Part shown: positions 11,296-20,000 of the stretch, piece by piece
Position numbering within the stretch: position 1 is the stretch's first letter
Layout of the letters: every line of letters begins with the position of its first letter
From: Chiloscyllium plagiosum
Taxonomy: Eukaryota
DNA length: 20,000 bases
Assembly: GCF_004010195.1 (NCBI RefSeq)
Contig: NC_057719.1
Coordinates: 71,523,769-71,543,768 of the forward strand
Reading direction: 5' to 3'
Translations under genes and position numbers: made by a program
The notes under the pieces: generated by a model
What the model saw: only the letters and a program-made list of their open reading frames with translations
Told to the model about the DNA's origin: nothing
The model's database searches: none

Positions 11296-11878
11296 TATCC
11301 AGAGCCTTGGTAAGGCCACACCTTGAGTATAGTGTGCGGGTTTGGTCTCCTAGTCTGAGGAAGAACATTCTTGTTATTGAGGGAATCCAATGAGAGTTCA
11401 CCAGACTGATTCCCAGGATGGCAGGAATGACATATGAGGAAAGACGGATTGACTGGGATTGTACTCACTGGAATTTAGAAGAATGAGCGGGGTTCTCATA
11501 GAAACATATAAAATTCTGATGGGACTGGACAGGCTAGATGCAGGAAGAATATTTACGATGTTGGAGAAGTCCAGAAGTAGGGGTCACAGTCTAAGAATAA
11601 GGGGTAAGCCATTAAGGACTGAGATGAGGAAGGATTTCTTCACTCAGTTGTGAACCTGTGGAATTCTCTCTCACTGGAAGGTGTTAGGGCCAGTTCATTA
11701 GATATATTCAAGAGAGAGCTGGACATGGACCTTGCGGCTAAAGGGATGAAGAGGTATGAGGAGAAAGTGGGAATGGGATTCTGAGATTGGACGATCAGCC
11801 ATGATCATATTAAATGGTGGTATAGACTCAAAGGGCCGAATGGCCAATCTTGCACCGATTTTCGATGTTTCAATGTTT
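11296..11878 (+). mobile_element. 5'-truncated CR1 LINE 3' fragment
   Basis: RALVRPHLEYSVRVWSP...LYSLEFRRM..LIETYKIL.GLDRLD...SRGHSLRIRG...RKDFFTQ, then 3'UTR GGGCCGAATGGCC and tail TTTCGATGTTTCAATGTTT. Confidence 0.9.
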
Positions 11879-13117
11879 GGAAAGGGGACTGAATATGTCT
11901 GGACTCCATGATTTCTCTATTCCCAATTCCTGCTTCTAAACTTGCTTCATCTAAAGCTGACTCCAGGTTCTGGCTTTTTTTGCTTCTGCACAAAACCTGC
12001 TCAGGCTTCTCTTTCATTGTGATCTGGTGAGAAAAAAAACAAGAATCCCTGACACTTTACAATGACATAAAAGATCCACTTGTGAACAGGTATTAAGATC
12101 TGGCATATGCTTATCTGTATTCATTCTGCTTTTTTGCACCTCTTGGTAGGAACCAAAGCATATGATGATAATGAAAAGTCACACTGCAGCACGATACAAA
12201 GAGAAGTAAAAACACGTTCTCAAACAATGTACTACAGCTCAGCTGAACCAACGTATTCTTTCACCTTGTTGATCCCCAAAAAGGGGGACACTTCCCAGTA
12301 AATTATTTCAGCCATCAGAAACGAATGGCAAAGATACAGACATAGCAAAATGCTGTCATTTATTTGCCAAAGGTCTTTTGATAACACTTCATTAATAAAA
12401 GAAGCAACCAAAATAGTGATCTTGCAGGCAGTAAGGTAGATTTAATTTAATATAATTTAGTAGGTGCAGAAACTTGATTGATTGTTAATATTACAGCAGC
12501 ATGAAATTACTGGGGGAAGTGCGCTGGTGTGTGGGCTGCATTCTACTCACCTATTGCAGGATGAACGGCATTTCATTCTTTAGGACACATTCCCTTAGGT
12601 AATAGTTCTTCCTGACACAATGAATTATAAAATGCTTTATTTTGCAAAAGGAAAGGGGGCGTTTAATGTGGACCAATTTATTTGAATTATGGCTTGCAGA
12701 CATTTGAACAATAAAGCTAAGAAAGAGATAAGAGACGTATGAATAGGAGAACAAATACTTCTGGCATAGGGCTCTACTTTATAACATTAAAAGGCTATGG
12801 CAATTTTCATACATTGCTTTGTTCTTGACTGGTTATCCAAAAATAATAGCACAAAATTCTAGGGCAAGGTTTTAATCCTGTTGTGTTGCTAATGTGGAGC
12901 ATAATGATCCAAGCCAGTAGTGTTCAGAAGTTCAAGAACACTCATTAATGCTGGAAAGCACATGTTGCAAAACAACATGCTTGATTGAATTGTGTTAGGA
13001 TTGTGCAGATTGTTAATATGGTCTTCATAAGCCACACAGCAACATGGTGGAACTTTCATTCTATGTTTTGCTAATCTCATTAGCACCGTGCATTTGATTT
13101 TCCATTAATTAGTTCTG

Positions 13118-13318
13118 AGATATTGCGTCACTGGAGAATCTGGTATTCACTGCCTATCTCTTGTCGTCTTGAGAAAATGGTAGTGGACTGGATGGAATCA
13201 TTGCATTTCATGGTGATTTGATTAAATGAAGTGATTTGTTAGACCATTTTGCAGGCAGTTAATCGTCAACCACATTGCTGTGGGACTTACAGACTTGACT
13301 GGGTAAGGAAGGCAATGT
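13118..13318 (-). mobile_element. Decayed SINE/LINE 3' fragment related to 4752-5012
   Basis: GTGATTTGTTAGACCATTT..GGCAGTTAA..GTCAACCACATTGCTGTGGG...GGTAAGGAAGGCA is the reverse complement of motifs in the SINE body at 4870-5000. Confidence 0.55.
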
Positions 13319-14487
13319 CATATGAGGTAATAGTTCTGAAAAGGTTAACACAGGAGACCTCATTAGCCTCCAGCCTACCTAATGATGTGATAAAGTAGAG
13401 TGTCTTTGTATTTCATGGGATAAAGACTTATATCCACAGGTCTCTTCCTAGTCTTGGTAACGTTTATTGTACCAACTAGTAACTGGGTGCCAACATGTAA
13501 TAAGCCGTATCTTGTTTAAGATGAGTGCCTCATCTCATTGAGACCCAGTTGACGGCAGTAAACTACCCAACCACAGCGACCAGTGGTTGGCAACTCCCAG
13601 CCAAATGCAAAACAATGACCAATGAGCAATGGAATGTAGCTGTACAGAGTCAATTCCAGCAAACCCAGCAGAAATTTCTGTTTAGAGCTTTAAAGACTTT
13701 ATGGCTTTAAGGTCTAGTCATACAGTCTGTCGTCATCAGCTGAGCAATGAGACAACTTTTACAGAAAAGAATCGAAGATCAACAAGTAAGAAACAGCACT
13801 TATTGATAAAATCTTACAATTCAGACTTGGTAAGAAGCACTGAAGAATGTCTGATTTAGAAGCTAGTTACACCTTGCAGTTACAGATTCTACTTGGAAGC
13901 AAACATTTGGAGGAGCAGTCTTGATTAGTGGTTCAGCTAGGAAACAAGGAGGCATCAGAGCTCCATGACTAAAGTTAAAATTTGCTGCTTGTCAAAGAAA
14001 AATTTAAATTAATGGGGCAAAACAGGCTGAGGAATTTAGGAGTTGAGAAAAAATGAATGTTTGAAAATCCAGGACCTAGAAGTAATTTAAACTGAGATTG
14101 CAGCACTGGTAACGTCCTCAAACCAGCATTAAGGCAACACGAGGCGATTTAAAATGGAGGAAAATAGTAAAAAGCAGGCAATCATAATCTAAACCACAGT
14201 TCAGGGAAGAAAGTATTAAAGCTGCAGGTACCAGGCTTTATTGGGAATATCATGGAAACAGTCGAACATTATTTATTAGGCTTTAAAAGGCAGGAAATAG
14301 CAATTCACATTTTGTCCCTAGACAGTTTGAAACCTCCATTTGTCTGCAATAAATGGGGAAAACTCCAGTTTAGCTGAATAAGATAGGAACGCCCACCCTG
14401 TTGCAAAAAACACAGGAAAATCCCCAGTAAACAGTAGTAAGATACAACATTGCTATATTACAGTATTTAAGGCTTTAAATTCAGGAA

Positions 14488-14679
14488 GGAGAAAGTGAGG
14501 ACTGCAAATGCTGGAGATCAGAGCTGAAAATGTGTTGCTGGAAAAGCGCAGCAGGTCCGGAAGCATCCAAGGAGCAGGAGAATCGACGTTTCGGGCATGA
14601 GCCCTTCTTCAGGAATGAGAATTCTCCTGCTCCTTGGATGCTGCCTGACCTGCTGCACTTTTCCAGCAACACATTTTCA
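14488..14679. mobile_element. Penelope-derived fold-back (palindromic) short element
   Basis: Near-perfect inverted arms 14522-14583 and 14621-14682; same family as 9232-9441 in the opposite orientation. 16-bp direct repeat GCTTTAAATTCAGGAA at 14472-14487 and 14680-14695. Confidence 0.9.
14580..14617 (-). ncRNA. Minimal type I hammerhead ribozyme motif forming the loop of the fold-back element
   Basis: Minus strand: cattc-CTGAAGA-a-GGGC-tcat-GCCC-GAAA-CGTC-gattc (core 14585-14612). Confidence 0.65.
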
Positions 14680-14695
14680 GCTTTAAATTCAGGAA

Positions 14696-14914
14696 AATAA
14701 TCTCTTCACTAATGTAAGCAAAATGAAAGAGCTGGTCATTGACTTCAGGAAGCGGAGTGGAGGGCACACCCTTGTCTACATCAATAGTGCTGAGATGGAG
14801 ATGGTCGAGAGTATCAAGTTCCTGGGAGTGATGATCACCAACAATCTGTCCTGGTCCACCCATTTCCACTGTATCTCAGTACATGTGACAACAATAAATC
14901 AATCAAGCAATCAA
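14696..14914 (+). mobile_element. Short internally deleted Rex1/Babar-type LINE fragment
   Basis: NNLFTNVSKMKELVIDFRK...VYINSAEMEMVESIKFLGVMITNNLSWS is joined directly to a 3' end CACTGTATCTCAGTACATGTGACAACAATAAATCAATCAA, similar to 10003-10046. Confidence 0.78.
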
Positions 14915-16786
14915 AACAAACTAGCATTGCTATACTGTACTGTTTCAAAGGTTTGAAAGGAAATAAAGCAGTATTAAGATACTGCAGATTTTAAAAACTT
15001 TGAAGAAAGAAGAGGAAATAATCACATTAAGAACAACATGCAGGAGAAATAACACAGATTTAATAGAACACAGCATTGGATATCATCAAGAAACAGTTCT
15101 TAAAATAGAGAATTGCTTATAAGCTACACTTTACATGACATGTTAATCTACTAAATGCACAATTGTATTGAATAGGTCTACAGCTGGTGACATTATAGCT
15201 CAAAAAACATAAATGATGGCAGAGATATACAGATTAGTGAAAAACAGTGATTATGGAGTTCTTAAGTCTAAGCCTATAAGAATTTGAACTTGTTGTTAGA
15301 ATTTTTAATGAGTCTTTATCAGAAATACTAGTTCAAAGAAGACTTCATGTTGGAGAGATCTATTCAAATTGTGCTGAAAGAATAACAGACAAATCCTGAG
15401 GGGAAAAGGTCAATCTCACTTTTGGAGAGCAAGAGTCCATTTATTTTATAAGGTATATAAGTCCTAAGAACGCATTTGATAAGCCATCACAAAGCATAGG
15501 CCTGATACCAGACGCTAGGTGTCAGAGTCTGTGCTGTGGAAGAAGGAAGCCTTAAAGACCCAATGAGTGCATGCTAGTTTTCTGTTAAAGATGTCATATG
15601 TGCAAAACTATAGGTCACTTACAGAAGAGTTTTAAACACTTAAAAAGTAGCAAAGCATTCAAATGGCTACTCATACAAAGATGCTAATGAAATAGAGCCA
15701 CCAGACATTAGAAAAGGTAGAAATGCATTCCTTGTGGAATGCATCGTCTTGAGTTTGACAGAATCTATTGTGCTCAATGGACATCTCATTAATTTTAAGT
15801 GATTGTCATTGTTTTATCAGATTATTTATGATAAGAACAAAAGTGACAGTGTACAGAGATGAAACTGCATGATCCATGCATGCTATAGCAACAGTACAAG
15901 AAATTAGGTATCAGAGAATACAGCATATATACAGAATTCATAGTCAAGAGAGCTCACTCTAAACATGCACATATGTCTTGAGCAAGCAGAAGGACTTCAA
16001 ATACTTACTTACAACAGACAGTGAAAGGGCAACAGAGACCAGTTTATATACCACAATAATCTAAAAATAAGCCAGTCAGAGAACAACTGGTTCTGGAATA
16101 AAGCTGTTCAACAACAAGCCAAGGAACAATCAACAAAAAATGTCATTGGTCTTCCTACATTCATGGCAGAAAAAAAAAGAAGAATCTACTGAGATTCCCT
16201 ATGTTGGCATAACACAATTGTTTTGTATGGTCAACAGAATGGAAATCCACACTACACAGCACTGGCAGAACAGCTCTCCATCTCTATCATCACTGAAGGT
16301 AGTTCAAATGATGGAAACCAGCATAGTTTATGAAAAGGTACAGCCTAAAAGCAAAGGAATGAGCAGCAAACTGACTTATACTCATTGTTGAAACTTTATT
16401 TAAAATTGCTCAGGTGTCAACACAGTCTGGTGAACATGCTGCAGTTAGAGATTCCAATTTGATGTCAGATCATGAAACAATGCCTGTTTGAGAGGAATTA
16501 ATCAACTTCTCATCTCTCAAAAAAAAATCATCTGCACCACTGACAGAGACAAGTCAGCATCAATCCTCGAGCAGCATGACTGAGGATGTGAACATATTGG
16601 TTTCACCAGTTAGGCAGATGCAGGCCGAAGGAAGGCATGCCACCTAACCCAGAGGTATCAGGAGATTGAGAATAAAGATTTGCATGCACAGATTGATGAT
16701 GGATTTCATATGTCTCTATGGCAATTGACACTGAGGTGGATTAATCAACAACAGGTTCAGGGCATGATCAAGGAGGAACTACCTGG

Positions 16787-17015
16787 AGCAAATACAGAGA
16801 TTTCTGGAGACACTCAACAGGTTTAGCAGCATCTGTGGTGACAGCAAAACAGAGTTAACATTTCAGATCCGATATGACTCTTCTGTTTCTTCATTTCTGA
16901 AGATGGCCATTCTAGATTTAACAGTAACTCTGCTTTCCTCTCTCCACAGATGCTGCAAGACCTGTTCGGTTTCCAGCATTTTCCAGGTTTCTTGCAGAAC
17001 AATATTTTGCTTTTA
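16787..17015. mobile_element. Older Penelope-derived fold-back element (second family)
   Basis: Degenerate inverted arms CAGGTTTAGCAGCATCTGTGG...CAGAGTTAAC and TAACTCTG...CCACAGATGCTGCAAGACCTG. Decayed hammerhead pieces (CTGAAGA at 16897 on +; GAAATGTT on -). Direct repeat AGRAACTACMTGG at 16774-16786 and 17016-17028. Confidence 0.7.
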
Positions 17016-17062
17016 AGAAACTACATGGCAAAGAGGTTCAGGATACTGACAAGAAGAAGAAA

Positions 17063-17180
17063 GGGTCATGTGGGGTAGTGGCAGTGTCACTACCACTAGT
17101 CCTGAAGGCCCGGTTCAAGTCCCATCTGCTGTATATGTCTGCTATTACATGGCTGAACAGGTTGACTAAAAACATCTACT
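17063..17180 (+). mobile_element. Short tRNA-derived SINE
   Basis: A-box-like TGGGGTAGTGG (17071), B-box GGTTCAAGTCC (17112), flanking direct repeat CAAGAAGA (17050-17057, 17183-17190). Confidence 0.65.
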
Positions 17181-18235
17181 GCCAAGAAGATTCTACCTGG
17201 CTCATTAATCCTAGAATCAGCAAAAGGTAAAATACCCGTCTAAATGGCAAAACTGTCTGTCATGAAGGGCATTCATGAGATTAAATGTCCCCAGATGATG
17301 TTATGGGGAAACTACCTGATTCAGCAGGGAACCGTTCCACTGTGAAAGAAATTCAGGAGATTAAGTATCCTCCAGATAAGGTAATAGACCAACGACTCTG
17401 TTTAGAAGGAACAATGTCCTCAGTAAAGGATAAAAGATCATCCAGTGAACAGAGACTTTATAGATAACGGAGGATGAAGAACAGAACCAAGATCAAGTTC
17501 TCAAGCCAAAGATCCTGCCAATCTTACAAGCTGAAAGAGACAGTGTTCTGGAAAATTTGTAAAACCTCCAAATTGCCTAAACCTGTGAAATCACAGACTT
17601 TGGGGGAGATGAGGTAGTGGTAAATACAATTATAAACATGAATGCATAAATGTTAACAATGGGGAAAAAAAGCTTTGGAGAAAGGCTGTATTTTGTATAA
17701 GGATTCTGAAAGAGTTAATGTTGAAGATTGTGTTAAGTTCCAACCAACCTGATTAGATCATATAGGCTTGGATGGAACATCTTAGCACCTGAAGCAGACT
17801 TAAATCCACATGTTTCCTCAGTCTTATTAACAACAATTATCTTACTAATGTAAGTTGTACAATTGTTATCACGCAATAAATTACATTTTGTTTAACATAA
17901 CAGCCTCTTCTCATTCTGACTCATTTGGTGGCACTGAACTACCTCAAATACAAAGTTTAGCAAAGTCAGTCATTGATCTTCCAAACCCACGTACGGTAGA
18001 AAAGTTTCCCTCTTTGTTATTTCCATTACATCCAATTTAATGTTCACTTGTGAAAATACAACTAAATCTTGTTCGAAATTTGTGAAATAATTAAGATCTT
18101 AATCATTATGACAGTTCATAAAGCAAACAATTAACTTTCACAAGCCTGGGGAAAATGAGTGTGATCTTTATATGATTAAGATCAAAGTTCTGCTACAATA
18201 GGAAGTGTGAGAAATACTAACTGCTTCTTTCAGTA

Positions 18236-18370
18236 ACAAGGAGTTATACTTGTATAGCAACTTTTATGACCTCAGAATGTCAGATACTGCCTTGTAGCCA
18301 CTCTTCAAATGTAGTTAATTTTCTAATGTAGGAAACACAGCAGCCAATAGGTACATTGCAAGGTCCCCCC
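18236..18370 (-). mobile_element. Ancient Deu-domain SINE (SacSINE1/AmnSINE1-like) 3' fragment
   Basis: TGTATAGCAACTTTTATGACCTCAGAATGTC...TAATGTAGGAAACACAGCAGCCAAT...GCAAGGTCCC resembles the recalled consensus reverse complement. Confidence 0.55.
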
Positions 18371-18587
18371 TCCCCCCTCAGTGATTAGCCAGCTAGAAAA
18401 GTACTTTTAGACATGACAGGCTTAAGGCACCAGATCTCCAATTTTAGATTTCCTATGAGGCAAAAAGACACGATTATAAAGAAGCAAAAAAAAACCCAGC
18501 CTTTATATTGGGCCTTTCACATTAGTAGAGTGTTCCAAAGCACTTTGCCATCAATATTTTAGAATTCTAATGACTGTTGTGGATAAA

Positions 18588-18793
18588 GTTAAAAATCACA
18601 CAACACCAGGATATAGACCAACAGGTTAATTTCGAAGCACTAGCTTTCAGAGCACTGTCTCTTCATCAGGTGGTTGATGAAAGAGCAGCACTCTGAAAGC
18701 TAGTGCTTTGAAATTAACCTGTTGGACTATAACTTGGTGTTGTTTGATTTTTAACTTTGTACAGCCCAGTCCAACACGGTCTTCTCCACATCA
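18588..18793. mobile_element. Penelope-derived fold-back element (third family)
   Basis: Inverted arms 18585-18668 and 18675-18758 with hammerhead cores meeting at the centre. Direct repeat TTGTRGATAAA at 18577-18587 and 18794-18804. The Penelope origin is inferred from architecture and the hammerhead motif. Confidence 0.82.
18638..18672 (-). ncRNA. Minimal type I hammerhead ribozyme motif
   Basis: Minus strand: CAC-CTGATGA-AGAG-acagtg-CTCT-GAAA-GCTA-GTG. Stem I CAC/GTG, stem II AGAG/CTCT, palindromic AGCT, CUA triplet. The mirror copy on + (18674-18705) has TTGATGA. Confidence 0.62.
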
Positions 18794-19534
18794 TTGTAGA
18801 TAAACTAGTTTGTCTACAGAAAGACCCACCAAGTGCATAGATATAAATAAAATAACTTCAGTTTCCAGTGCTGTTAGTTGAAGGATAATTATTGGACAGT
18901 ATTCTAAGAGAGTGTCCTGCTTCTCTTTGAATAATGCTATGAATGATTTAATATCTGCCAGACCAGGCAAACAACGCCTTAAGTTAACATTTCCTCAAAA
19001 AGACAATGGTGGGAACGTTGACCTGACTGCCCTGGTGGCAATTGCAATGGATTGGGTGGAACTTGGATAAATTGTAAGATCAGGTTGGTTGGAGACGGGG
19101 TGATGAAACCAGAACTGTACCCAGTTTCATCAGCTATGCAATGACTCAGTTAGGGTGAAATCGATCCCATAATTCTGATTCAGCAGTCCATTTTGAACTC
19201 AAAGTCAGGAAACCTGAGCCAAGGTTGGCATTTCAGCTGAAGTTGCTACAAATAGAACAATACAAGCCAAATATATAGAGCAATGTAGTATCACCGTCAC
19301 TACAGTTGGCACAAACAGGATTTCTTTTGTGGCCTACTGAAATGGCAGTCAAAAGCACATAACATGAGGAACAGAGTGACTGACCTCGATTTCTCCAGAA
19401 TTAGTGCAGAGTAGGAAATCTCTCAAAACTGAAGAGCCGATCAGAGGACTTTCACCATGAAGGCAGGTTTGAGGTAAAAATAAGTGAAGTATAGCCAGCT
19501 CTTAGCTTTAAGGGAGAAACCCTTCAATACAGCA

Positions 19535-20000
19535 TTTTTTTTATTTCAAAAATATACTTTATTCATAAATACTTTGATCTATACAACTGGACATGCCATA
19601 CATATGTAAACATTCCATTTCTTTGCGTATCGAAAACAGAGTAATCATTCCTATTTACAGGTTGGTGCGATTACATTGAGCTGAGGCTCAGCAGAGCCCA
19701 AATGACTGCGTGGGCCCCCTGTTCTTCCTTAGGCAGGCAGATGTTACACGGTGGTCTTTCCCCACCGCGCCTTGGCGGCAGCTGCCCCAAGCTTCAGCGC
19801 GTCCCTCGACCTTGGAATGTGCCAGTCTGCAACACTCAGTCGGGGTAAACTCCTTCAGCTGGATGATCAGCAGGTTTCAGACCACCCAGAGAGCATCCTT
19901 CACCGAGCTGATGATCCTCCAAGGGCAGTTGATGTTCGTCTCGGTGTGCGTCCCGGGGAACAGACCGTAGAGCACGGAGTCCCGCGTCACGGCGCTGCTC
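19535..20000 (-). mobile_element. Tx1/L1-clade non-LTR retrotransposon 3' end (continues beyond the window)
   Basis: Minus strand SSAVTRDSVLYGLFPGTHTETNINCPWRIISSVKDALWVV*NLL...ECCRLAHSKV / RDALKLGAAAAKARWGKTTV* (stop 19744-19746), then a ~190-nt 3'UTR, AATAAA (19558-19563) and an A-rich tail. CpG-rich. Confidence 0.75.

Larger units (their letters stand above)
18497..19010 (-). mobile_element. Ancient Deu-domain SINE (SacSINE1/AmnSINE1-like), interrupted by a fold-back element
   Basis: GCCTTTCAC...CCAAAGCACTTT...[insert]...GTTGAAGGATAATTATTGGACAG...CCTGCTTCTCTTTGAATAATGCTATG...GTTAACATTTCCTCAAAAGAC follows the motif order of the recalled consensus. Confidence 0.55.

Noticed and set aside
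13320..14400. Possible solo LTR or decayed LTR element
   Set aside because: No second LTR, PBS/PPT, clear TG...CA ends or TSD could be identified.
9232..18793. Palindromes as DNA-transposon MITEs, CRISPR repeats or terminators
   Set aside because: The arms are asymmetric relative to the element ends, TSDs are long and variable, and two copies match the Penelope terminus. There is no repeat-spacer array and the context is eukaryotic.

Overview
Vertebrate genomic DNA, very probably a shark or other chondrichthyan (inferred from HE1/V-SINE copies and shark-type CR1, Penelope, Rex/Babar, Tx1 and Deu-SINE repeats). The window appears to lie inside a protein kinase D1 (PRKD1) gene on the minus strand. 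One clear 132-bp coding exon (3094-3225) encodes the first part of the C1a zinc finger. The rest is intron, roughly half of it nested retroelements. Most notable: (1) five Penelope-derived insertions, each flanked by a 11-16 bp direct repeat (target-site duplication); four are ~200-bp fold-back palindromes, and four carry recognisable minimal hammerhead ribozyme cores, three of them on the PRKD1 sense strand; (2) a candidate in-frame 30-nt cassette exon (1936-1965) with downstream RBFOX motifs that would split a CxxC of the C1a domain; (3) multi-layer nesting that lets insertions be ordered; (4) a TE-poor stretch near 12-13 kb that may be conserved non-coding sequence. Repeat family names come from recall of consensus features, not a database search, and boundaries of old repeats are approximate.
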